This document shows, in pieces, positions 21,599 through 31,945 of a stretch of DNA of 43,050 nt; the first letter of the stretch is position 1, and each line of letters starts with the position of its first letter. Source of the DNA: Octopus bimaculoides (Eukaryota); assembly GCF_001194135.2 (NCBI RefSeq), contig NC_068983.1, positions 8,909,820 to 8,952,869 on the forward strand. Direction: 5' to 3'. The notes under the pieces were generated by a model. It was not told where the DNA came from and made no database searches. It saw only the letters and a program-made list of their open reading frames with translations. Position numbers and translations under genes: made by a program.

Positions 21599-21919
21599 TA
21601 TATTCTTACTACAGTCGAATTATTTCAAAGGTTATTGTAAACCGATGGCGTCAAACTTATAAAAACGAGATTGATTAACAGATTCTAATGAGCTCAGAAA
21701 ATTAAGTATGTCGGGTGAATACACAAGAGCCTTATGCATTTGATTATGCAGTTGGTTAATAAAAGTTGTAGCTGTTTGGCAACTCAGATGGAACAATGTC
21801 GATTTTCTTTTTAATCGAAACAACTGGTTTATCAAATTTCTCCTTTATTCTTTCGTCTTCTATCGACATAGAACTGCATAAGATACACACACGCACACAT
21901 AAACATAGACATGTATAAA

Positions 21920-22450
21920 GGAGTGGCTGTGTGGTAAATAGAGGGATTATCGGTCGGCGGGCGCCGGTGCACCTCCCATTTTTATCTATTATTGTCATTA
22001 TCATCCTCATCTCATTAATATCCTTGTCCAGCCCACAGCTATTCATTCTATGTACTACCTATATGGCAAACTAAGTAAAATAAAGCAGCTTGCTTACCAA
22101 CCACACTGTTCTGGGTTCAATCCTATTGCGTGGCATCTTGGGCAAGTGTCTTCTACTATAGCCTCGGGCCGACCAAAGCTTTGTGAGTGGATTTGGTAGA
22201 CGGAAACTGAAAAAAGCCCGTCGTATATATATATAAATATACGTGCATGTGTGTGTGTTTCTCCCCCCCCCCCCACATCGTTTGACATCCGATGCTAGTG
22301 TGTTTACCTCCCTGTAACTTAACAGTTTGGTAACAAGAGACCGATAGAATAAGTAATAGGCTTACAAAGAATAAGTTCGGGGGGCGATCTTCTCGAATAA
22401 AAAATGATGCTCCAGCATAGCCGCAGTCAAATGTCTAAGAACAGAAGAAT
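21920..22450 (+). mobile_element. SINE-A, full length, head interrupted by an insertion at 21938-22082
   Basis: ggagtggctgtgtggtaa (21920-21937) resumes as aagcagcttgcttaccaacc (22083 on), followed by a normal body and tail. Confidence 0.92.
21938..22082 (+). mobile_element. 5'-truncated 3' end of an element related to the L1/Tx1-like family
   Basis: ggtcggcgggcgccgg...pyrimidine-rich...ttgtccagcccacagctattcattctatgtactacctatatggcaaactaagtaaa vs the copy-2 end ggtgggcggcggacgg...ttgtccccacattgtgctgtcccctctatgtacagccttcgtggccaatttcataaagtaaa. Confidence 0.65.
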
Positions 22451-23680
22451 ATTCATGCATATTTCGATTTTCGCAGTTTCTGCGACGTAAATCTCGCCCA
22501 CATTGTATTGGTCAACTTAAGTCAATGGTAATTTGCCTAAGGTGCTACTTAGAAGGACCGAATACAGAATGTTGTTGATGAGAAGAAAACTACATATATA
22601 CCGGCATCGCCAAGAAGACTATACACTATTATACAGAAGCAAATACCCACAGAGGAACTTATAATAATTTATGTCTTAGTAGCGCAACTTGAGGCATGCA
22701 TACGATATATAGAAAATATCAAAATATGTATGAAATAAATCTCAAAATATATATAAAATATCAAAATTCCATGATAGATATAGAGAACTGTTTGTGCCAA
22801 ATTCTCTGGCCAGAAATGAAAGGACATGAAATAAAGGTAAATGCAAAATAAGAACAACTTCATTAGTAAATTTCGAGATAGGCTAATTAAAACTTAACTA
22901 ACAGCGCTATACAAAAATAATTAATGGGAAATACTTCTAATATTTCGGAGAAATGTTTGTAATGACAGTCGATTTTAGATTTATTATAAATATTTGAGAG
23001 AGATATTTTATATTTAAAAAGAAAAAAAAAACTCGGCAGAAAGGTCTAAAGTATATCCCATTTTCTTTTACAGGTATAGATAGGTAGGACGATTAAGAAA
23101 TTCGCTTCGTAAATATATGATTTCGTGGTCAGTTTCATGGTCACTCCATATTCAAGGGATGTTTGGTAAGTTTCATTTCCAATTATCGCCGGCCTATCAA
23201 CACCTTCTCAATCATCTTCAATGATGACGATTGTGCGAAAGCTTGCTGCTTAGGTGCATGCTGTGCACGAGTGTGCGACTGGCACGTTTGTGTTTGTCTC
23301 TAACAGTGCAACGTCCGGTTTTCCTATGTTTCCATAACGGAATCTCCGTAGCTTTGCAGTTTCGCAAAATCCAAAAGACAAAGTAAGCACCAGGCATTAA
23401 AAATAATCGGTACTGTTGCCGATTTGAACGCCTAAATTAATATGGTGACTGGCACAGTATAAATGAATGTAAGAATTCTCGGAATTCTAATTACAGTATT
23501 TCCTACAGAAATTTTACCAAGCTATTTTCAAATTTGTAGCACAATTTGTTTACGTAAACGACTTCTGTCTCAAGATGTTTGAAGTGGGAATAAGAGAGAA
23601 GTGTTTATGTAAGAACTAAATGCATTGTCATTTTTACTGGAGAATATAGAAAATTTTCACGGCAATATTAGAAAGAGAGA

Positions 23681-23888
23681 AGGCTGCGACCAGGCAGAAT
23701 CGATGCCATGCTGGATAAAATTCTTTGCGACAGACATTTCCACGGTCCTGAGTTCGGATTCATCCGATGTCGACTTTGGCTTTCATCCCTTCTCGATCCA
23801 TAAAATAAATACCAGTTTAGGGCTGGGATCGATGCAATCGACTTAATTCTTCCCCAGAAATTGCTGGCCCAGTGCTAAAATGTTACAC
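23681..23888 (+). mobile_element. SINE-B short form, diverged
   Basis: ggctgcgaccaggcagaatcg...gtcctgagttcggatt...gtcgactttggctttcatccc...gaaattgctggcccagtgctaaaat. Confidence 0.75.
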
Positions 23889-24445
23889 CTATATTAGAAA
23901 GGGAGGTAACTGATGTTGCACACTTTTAATCAACACAGCCATATTACAGTAAATACATACCTAGTTTTATAATTGTTGATTGAGGCACTTCTTGAAAATT
24001 TATCGAAATTTATAATGTGCCAAGTTTTGATCAAATGTTTATGATCGAAATCTGTATACAGACTCTAATTAATTTTAGTTTATGGCTGCAAAGGGAAAGA
24101 ATTTTATGAAGCATGTCAATGGTATAAACAGAATATACTTAAAACATGTCGGTCAATGTTTGTGTGTGATTCTATGTGTGTGGGTGTCTATGTGAGAGAG
24201 AGAAACAGATAGACAGAGAAAGAAAGTGAGAGAAAGAGGGAGAGAGGACATGAAGGCAGAAGGAATGTAGTGAAAAATATAGAAGATACTTGGTGAATAT
24301 AAAAGAGATTCTAAATATAGATGCATAGATACACAGATAGACACACAGAGTGACAGAAAGAGATAGAGAGGAATGTAGAGAGACAGATGGTGAGAGGGAA
24401 AAGGTGAAAAGAAAAGAGAAGCAATAAGAAAGGTGAAAATACATA

Positions 24446-24825
24446 CTTTTCATCTCTAGATACAAGGCCTGACATTTTTTTAGGGGGGTGGCAATCGATT
24501 AAATGGACCCCAGTACGCAACTGGTACTTAATTTATCGACCCCCGAAAGGATGAAAGGTAAAGTGGACGTCGGCGGAATTTAAAGTCAGAACGTCGCGAC
24601 AGACGAAATACCGCTAAGCATTTCGCCCAGCGTGCTAACGTTTCTTATTTCTTTATTGCCCACAAGGGGCTAAACATAGAGGGGACAAACGAGGATAGAC
24701 AAAGGGGCTAAGTCGATTACATCGACCGCAGTGCGTAACTGATAATTAATTCATCGACCCCGAAAGGATGAAAGGCAAAGTCGACCTCGGCGGAATTTGA
24801 ACTCAGAACGTAACGGCAGACGAAA
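24446..24825 (-). mobile_element. Composite SINE-B: 5'-truncated long form joined into the head of a short form
   Basis: Minus strand: ...tgtttagccccttgtgggcaataaagaaataa|gaaacgttagcacgctgggcgaaatg... (junction ~24644), then a short form ending aggccttgtatctagagatgaaaag. Confidence 0.92.
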
Positions 24826-24996
24826 AATCGGCACAAACTTTCCGGACAACCCAATAGTTTTACATAGTGTTCTACAGTTTAAAAGCGAATTATAGCTTAA
24901 ACTGTAAAACATGAAATAACACTATCTATCTATTTTTCTAACTAACTATATATATGTGTGAGTGTGTGTGTGTATATATATATATATATACACACA

Positions 24997-25177
24997 GTCG
25001 TAGCTGTGTAGTAAGAAGCTTGCTTCCCAACTACACGGTTTCCTGTTCTGTCCCACTGCGTGACACCTTCGTCAAGTGTCTTCTACTATAGCCCCAGACC
25101 ACCCAATGCCATGTGGGTGGATTTGGCAGACGGAAACTGGAAGAAGCCCGTCGTGTAGATATATATATATATATATA

Positions 25178-25226
<49 letters not shown>

Positions 25227-25465
25227 ATGTATATATATGTGTGTGAATTTTTGTTTGTCCCCCCTCACCCGCCATCGTTTGGCAACCGATCATGGTGTGT
25301 TTATGTCCCTGTACCTTAGCACTTCCGCAGAAGAGACCGATATAAGTACTAGGCTTACAAAAAATAAAAATAAATAAGTCCCAGGTACGATTTCTTCGAC
25401 TAAAACACTTTAACACTGAGCTTCGGCATGGCCGCAGTCAAATGAATGAAAAGAATAAATGAATA
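24997..25465 (+). mobile_element. SINE-A, full length
   Basis: gtagctgtgtagtaagaagcttgcttcccaac...central (TA)n(TG)n...gcatggccgcagtcaaatgaatg. Confidence 0.92.
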
Positions 25466-25886
25466 TATACATAAACTATATATGTGTGTGTGTATGTATG
25501 TATGTATAGGTTTCTTTGTTGCTTTTATTGACATCACTGTAAATTAGCTGGTCGACAAAAAGAACTCGACAGCATTTGTACCAGATATCAGGTAAGAACC
25601 AAAATTGGTTTGATCGAGTAAATTTTTCAGAAGGTATTTCGGCACGGCATCATCATACTCATCCAACGAAAGCTATATAAAAACACAAGAGTAAATGAAG
25701 GCGTACGCTTTTCAAGAAAGTTTTTTTTTTATTAGTTGACACCTATTATACTCAGATCTAGAACAAAATATCGAGGCTAATCTACACGTAACACTGACCA
25801 TCTAGAACTATCTACTGAAGGAGAAAAAGTAGCTCTGTATATAAATACAAGCCTCGAACTGTCTAAGAAAATAGCATGGTGAAATA

Positions 25887-26254
25887 TTCTTTTACTTGTT
25901 TCAGTCATTTGACTGCGGCCATGCTGGGGCACCGCCTTTAGTCGAGGAAATCGACCCCAGGACTTATTCTTTGTAAGCCTAGTATTTATTCTATCGGACT
26001 CTTTTGCCGAACGGGGACGTAAACACACCAGCATGGGTTGTCAAGCGATGCTGGAGGGACAAACAGACACACAAACACACACACACACATACAACAGGCT
26101 TCTTTCAGTTTCTGTCTACCATATCCACTCGGAAGGCTTTACTCGGCCCGAGGCTATAGTAGAAGACACTTGCCCAAGGTGCCACGCAGTTGGACTGAAC
26201 CTGGAACCATGTGGCTGGTAAGCAATCTACGTACCACACAGCCACTCCTGCGCC
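25887..26254 (-). mobile_element. SINE-A, full length
   Basis: ctttacttgtttcagtcatttgactgcggccatgct...gtaccacacagccactcctgcgcc. Confidence 0.95.
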
Positions 26255-26599
26255 TATGTATTTTCGGCAAAGAAAGAGATCACACAGCGAGTCTAGAATT
26301 AATCCAGATCATTTAGGTTATATAATGAAATATATTAAAAGAAAAGTATTACCATAATATATTAGAGACTAGTATGGCTATATAAAATGAGAATAATATT
26401 GTGCGGAAGACATTTATAAATCTAAGGAATTGCACTGACTTAGTGAATTATATATACATACATACATACATATTAGTAGTAGTAAAGGAATATGTCTCAC
26501 ATCTCATTTGTAACTGATGGAAGTGTAATGATGTGTACGCATTTCTGTAATGACGTCGATAGATTAATTATTGAGATAGACATAAGCGAATTCAAGAAC

Positions 26600-26727
26600 A
26601 TAGCAATGTTTGACAGGCCAGCCAAATTGCTTCACGGCATTTCTTCTGCTCTTTATGTTCTGAGTTCAAATGCCGCCAATATCAATTTTGCTTTTCATCC
26701 CTTCGGAGTAGATAAAATAACGCACCA
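26600..26727 (+). mobile_element. SINE-B fragment
   Basis: tgcttcacggcatttcttctgctctttatgttctgagttcaaatgccgcc...ttttcatcccttcggagtagataaaataa. Confidence 0.7.
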
Positions 26728-26815
26728 ATGAAGTAGAGAGGGAGAGGTGATGTTTTCTATTAACTCTTCACCATTAAACTGATAGCTTTTTGCCAAAATG
26801 TGAAGCAATATCTAC

Positions 26816-27011
26816 CTCGCCTTGTCTTGGCTTGCGACCTCAAATACTGATGTAGTACTCTGGGCGCTGTAGTGATACATGCCACGATTTGAACCCTTGT
26901 GAAATTGCCGAAACCCATTTCTCTCAAGTTCTGTGAACAGTCGATTTCATCCAGAAAGAGTGACAGACAGACAGGAAGAAAAATGAGGGAAATGAATGCT
27001 CCTAGAATCAT
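26816..27011 (-). CDS. Candidate first coding exon with a signal-peptide-like N-terminus
   Basis: Lies within the stop-free 133-codon frame 26760..27161. Acceptor gccttctattgcag is followed directly by ATG; peptide MILGAFISLIFLPVCLS-LFLDEIDCSQNLREMGFGNFTRVQIVACITT...; weak donor gag|gtagat. No family recognised. Confidence 0.3.
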
Positions 27012-27749
27012 CTGCAATAGAAGGCTTGTGATCTCTCTATTGTCCTCTAAACGACGAAATGAAAGGTTGATTTCAGCCGAGTCGTATCCAAGAAGTAGAG
27101 ATCCGGAACGATTACCAGAAACCAATCTGCACGACACTCTAGCAGCGAAGCCAATTTGCAAAATTTAATAGGGAAAAAAAAAATTATAAGAATATCATTT
27201 CACTCTCATCTCTCACGTAGCATGAAAGAAGAAGAAAAAGAAGGGGGTAGGACGAGGAATAGGTTGAAGAGAAAGATTACGAAGAGTTGAAGGAGATATT
27301 AGGAAGAAACAAATAGAGGAAAGAATGAGAGAAGGAAGGGACAAATAAGAAGACGACAAAGAAAATGAACAACCACAACAACTAAAATTACAAGCACAAA
27401 AGTAACTATAACAATATTAAAAGGAGTTGACGGAGGATATAAGACTATGTTTATCGGCACGAAAATGTGTCTGTATTTAAAACAGTGTCTATGTTATGTT
27501 TATATTTAAAGCTGTGTCTAGTTAAAGCAGAGCCTGTTTTTAATGCAGTGAAGATATTTAAAGTAGTGACTATACTTAAAGCAGTGTCTATATGGAACGA
27601 TTTTCCTACCTGATTTTGTGCTTGAATTATTTCATTCACTTTCATTTTGTCTTCTTGCCACTTGCACAGTTTCGGTAAATGTTGCATAAAATCGCTCATA
27701 AATTGACCGACCTGATTTGAATATTTTCTCTAAACTAATGGTGATAGAT

Positions 27750-27955
27750 TAACTGAATCATTAGAGTGTGTAACGAAATGCCTTGGGGTATTTAGTTAAA
27801 ATCGTTTACATTCTGAGTTCAAATTACGCCGGGATTGACATTCTATTCCGTTTTTCCTGAATCGATAAAGAGAAGTACCAGTCAATCACTGAGGTCAGTT
27901 TAATCAACTATAACCTATTGGAAATACGTGGCCTTGTATTAAGGGTAGAAATCAA
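27750..27955 (+). mobile_element. SINE-B, decayed
   Basis: gaaatgccttggggtattt...ttctgagttcaaattacgccggg...aagtaccagtcaatcactgaggtc...gtggccttgt. Confidence 0.65.
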
Positions 27956-29589
27956 TGTTTTCTTGAAAACTATTTGAACCTGATCTTGATTAATCAGTCA
28001 AATATTTTCACTAACATCATGAATTATCTTACGTCGATATTAAATCACATCCAAGAAGAAACTGTATGATTGTTTTTCTAGATGACTGTGTGTATCTATC
28101 ACGGTAACCTTAGAATGTGTTAGACAGAATTCGTCATCGTAAATATACTTTCTTTATTACCAAGTCAGACAGTTGATTGATTTTGAAGACAGATGCACAA
28201 TTAGCAAATCAGTAAATATGTATTGCAAACTCAAAGAGAGAGAGGAAAAATGTAATGTAATATATTAGACCTAAACAGATAAGAGAATCAGTTTATGAAA
28301 CCTGCTGCATTTATTGCTTCTATTTCGTGTTGTTAGAAAACATGAAAACTTTTATCAAAATCGGGGAACTGATCGCATGAGACAAATATTATCGGTTTTG
28401 AGAGTACGAACCTATCATCAAATACATTTCACTCATCACCATTCTGTAATGGTTTTTGAAGTCTTCATTGCAGAATACTAAACTAATGAATAATCAAATA
28501 CAAAGTTAGAGCCTTATTTTAAGAATGATTTGAAAGAGATCTCAGTGGTTTTTTCTAGAAAAATAAGTAACTAATTAGTAGCTCCTTTCTTGGCTTATTA
28601 AAGAAAATGTTTATATCGGGATCTCACTGAGGACCAGGTAAATATATCTGAATATTTGCGTGTAGAGAGAAGGAAGTAATTTCTCTGATACATTTTGATT
28701 TCAATTCTCACCAAAATCGTCCATAAATTTTCTTACCGTATGGATACAATAATTTGAGATGTTCAATTCGACTATATGCTTTTGTTTGACATATCGACTT
28801 AGTTTTCAGACTATAGTACAAGATCACGAAATTTAAACAAAGAATGACAGTCGATTGACTGAAAACTTTAAGTAAGGAAACTGTGCCATAAAGCATAAAT
28901 TTAACTCCAGCGAGATTTGAACATTCAATGCAAGATGAATTCATCTCATCAGCAACATCTTTTTTTTTTTCATTCCTCTATTTTCCAAGGAATGAACAAA
29001 AAATATTGTAAGGTATCAAAATGTTGAGAGATTGGCAGTAATGGTATGTTGATAGACACATTTCATGCAATGGCTATAGATCCGATGAAATGATAGAGGA
29101 AAACTATCAAGTGTGTGTTAGAGATAAGCAGAATCTATGTATCAATAGATAAAATGTTATGTAAAAGAGGTTAACTAGTAGAATCCTTAGAGTTAAAGAA
29201 AATGTCTCATGGTCGATAACAATTATTGCCTCTCTCATTTTGAAAGACATCGAGGTGTAGTTCGGCCTTCACCTTCCGAGTATTAAGCGTTGACAAATTA
29301 AACTACAGCAACCCCCACAATTTTGGCCGTGTTCCACTGTTAAACATTCGTATTACACCTCATAAGATTGCAGGTTTGAAGGAATCACTTTATGTGAGAG
29401 GATCATTTAAACAAAAAAGTTGTGATTACATATATATCAATAGTAAATCAGGTAATAGCAATCAATTTTCTGATAAAATCTCATTGTTTTAGAACATTTT
29501 GATGCATACATTTTACATGTTCCTCAATGTTGAAATATTTCACAGGCCATTGTGTATTTCCATATCTCACTCTGATTTAACAATAGTTT

Positions 29590-29771
29590 CAAGTTTTGGC
29601 ACGGACACAGCAATACTTAGACTTCAGTGTTCTACTGGTATTTATTTTATCGACCACGAAAGGATGAAAGGCAACGACGTTTTCGGCAGAATTTCAACTC
29701 AAAACATAAAGCATGAAATGTCGCTAAGCATTTAGCCGGGCTTGCTAACAGTTCGACCGGGTCGCCGCCTT
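29590..29771 (-). mobile_element. SINE-B short form (1 of 3 in tandem)
   Basis: ctggtatttattttatcgaccacgaaaggatgaaaggc...gctaagcatttagccggg...gtcgccgcc. Confidence 0.85.
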
Positions 29772-29789
29772 AGAGTTACTTGATATTGA

Positions 29790-29988
29790 TATCAAATTTT
29801 GACACAAGCTTGGCTATTTCGAGATTGCAACAAACCCAGTCTTTGGCTGATACTTATTTTATCAACCCTGAAAGGGATGAAATTCCAAGTCGACCTCTGT
29901 AGAATTTGAGCTCAGAACGCAAAGACGAACGAAATACCGCTAATCCTGTTGCCCGGCGTCTTAATGATTCTACTAGCTCACCGCCGTA
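29790..29988 (-). mobile_element. SINE-B short form (2 of 3)
   Basis: acttattttatcaaccctgaaagggatga...gaatttgagctcagaacgcaaagacgaacgaaataccgct...gctcaccgcc. Confidence 0.85.
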
Positions 29989-30002
29989 ACATGACCTATA
30001 TT

Positions 30003-30178
30003 GATTTCAAATTTTGGCACAAGGCCAACATGTTGGTGGGGAAGGGTAAATGGATTACATCGAATCCAGTCCTCAAATGTTACTTATTGTATCAACGCCG
30101 AAAGGATGAAAGTTAAAGTCGATGTCGGCGGAATTTATTTAAACTCAGAACATGAAGACGGACGAAATACCGATAAGT
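30003..30178 (-). mobile_element. SINE-B short form lacking its 5' end (3 of 3)
   Basis: aaattttggcacaaggcc...gaaaggatgaaagttaaagtcgatgtcggcggaattt...gacggacgaaataccg. Confidence 0.85.
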
Positions 30179-30625
30179 GAACTTGACTTATTAGTGATAA
30201 AACGCAAATAACACTAGCGTGAGTGAGATCGAAAGGAAGAGAGGTAGAGAGAGAAATGGAAGAATACACAAAGAGAATGCGCCTGAAGGAAGGAGGTATG
30301 CTAAAGGTTAGAAAGGAATTAAAAAGGAAGGGTTTTTGTTGACCGATAAATTTACCGAAAATAAGGAGATAACAGTATCTATTTTGATCAAGTATGTATC
30401 GAAATTTATAACGAAAATTGAGAGGCTAGTTATATATCCTAAGTATTAATTTGACGTTCAAGGAAATTATGACAATTTCGATTAATTTCACAATAAGGAA
30501 AGCAAAACTCTTAATTTGGCATAAGCGGTGCTAGTCAGAACTCTCGGCTAGTTTTGTGACCATCATTAATATTAATATATATATATATATACTTTATTTA
30601 AAAGCATCAGAAATATAACAAAAGC

Positions 30626-30661
30626 TGTTACTTAGAGTCTCACGTTCTCGTTCGTCGGACA
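30626..30661 (-). ncRNA. Minimal type I hammerhead-ribozyme-like motif (degenerate)
   Basis: tgt-CCGACGA-acg(agaa)cgt-GAG-actc(t)aagt-A-aca. Confidence 0.45.
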
Positions 30662-30686
30662 TTTCGTCCGACAAACGGGAACGAAA

Positions 30687-30722
30687 TGTCCGACGAACGG
30701 GAACGTGAGACTCTGAGTAACA
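30687..30722 (+). ncRNA. Minimal type I hammerhead-ribozyme-like motif (core variants U4C, A14G)
   Basis: tgt-CCGACGA-acg(ggaa)cgt-GAG-actc(t)gagt-A-aca: stems I, II and III all pair, and the GUA triplet predicts cleavage after 30719. Confidence 0.55.
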
Positions 30723-31364
30723 GCTTTTGTTATATTTCTGCTGTTTTTAAATAAAGCATATTACTCTACCTCTGGTATTTGAGTACTCTTTTTTCTACCT
30801 AATAGGTATCCCTCAAATCGTCACAGCCACATATTTATATATATATATACGTAAATGTTGAACGATGAAAATGAGTGCTCAACACCACATTGGTGGCTAT
30901 GATTTCTTTATTTGTGGATTAATGCTACAATTGGTTTCGAGTTAAGAAAAACAGGAAAATATCCTAGGGTTTAAAAAAGTTTCCAAGCCGATCTCATGGA
31001 GAAAGGAGCTCGCCTCCACTTAGTATAACTCAACCTCGTTTGTTTCGCGGAGATTCTCGGGAATTTACGTGAATAAAACATTGAATCAATGAATTAAGTG
31101 ACGTTACTCTTGGGTTGTATTTTTGGGATGTTTATCTCCCTTGGACTTGTTTTTTGGGCAAATTGCTGTGTGGTCAATTTATCACGTCGTTTAGGATCAT
31201 TCATCCTGGATTAATGTATATATACATGTATGTATATATACACATACAGGCATACATATATATATGTGTACTCATATATACGTATATATTATATATAACC
31301 CATAAAACATATATAGCATTCTTTTGGGGTTGTGAGGTGTATTATTACTTGGTATAACTAGTTT

Positions 31365-31470
31365 GGCAAATTGACAGAAACGCTAGTGTTTCTTTTGCTT
31401 AGTGGTATTTCTATTTTATTTCTAATACCACTGAGGTCCACTTCTACTTTCATCCCTTTCAATAATGTCG
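31365..31470 (+). mobile_element. SINE-B fragment, decayed
   Basis: gacagaaacgctagtg...tgcttagtggtatttc...ccactgaggtccacttctactttcatccc. Confidence 0.55.
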
Positions 31471-31554
31471 ATGCATTAGACAAACCTCCTTCCCAAATAT
31501 TGCAAGCATTGTGCCTATAATAGGAAGGATTATCATTTTGTATTAAAATGAAAG

Positions 31555-31718
31555 CGACCGTCTGACAGAATCGTTGGAACTCTGAACAAATTACTTGCGG
31601 CATTTCTTCCAGCTTCATATTCTAAGTTCAAGCCCGCAGATGTCAGCTTTGCATTTCATTCTTCAACCCAGGATAAATAAAATAAATTTCCAGTCAAGTG
31701 CTAGGATCGAGATATACT
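31555..31718 (+). mobile_element. SINE-B fragment, decayed
   Basis: ctgacagaatcgttgg...ttgcggcatttcttcc...ttctaagttcaagcccgcagatgtcagctttgcatttcattc. Confidence 0.6.
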
Positions 31719-31945
31719 TTAACTCCTCAACATTTAAACCGGTCATATCCAGCCAAAATATTGTACCCATTTTATGTTCAAACTAGCCATATCCTGCCTG
31801 TCACACCTACCCTACAAACAATTCTAGAAATATACAATTACGTCATTGAAATATCAAAGCTATAAGATAATGCCTAATGAATTCAAGAGAATATAAATAA
31901 GTAAACATCACCTTTTACAGAGTAATATGAATGCTAAAGGGTTAA
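31719..31945. mobile_element. piggyBac-like MITE
   Basis: Right end aatgctaaaGGG-TTAA; left end TTAA-ctcctcaacatt is a degenerate inverse. TTAA on both sides. Confidence 0.45.

Larger units (their letters stand above)
30588..30800. mobile_element. Penelope-like inverted pseudo-LTR remnant (80-bp palindrome with an asymmetric extension)
   Basis: Arms 30588-30667 and 30681-30760 are reverse complements with ~5 mismatches around a 13-nt spacer. The right side runs on into ttactctacctctggtatttgagtactc. The Penelope call is inferred from this layout plus the hammerhead fold. Confidence 0.6.

Noticed and set aside
23075-23470. GC-richer patch that looked unique
   Set aside because: Motif order matches a heavily decayed SINE-A; too degenerate to list with reliable boundaries.
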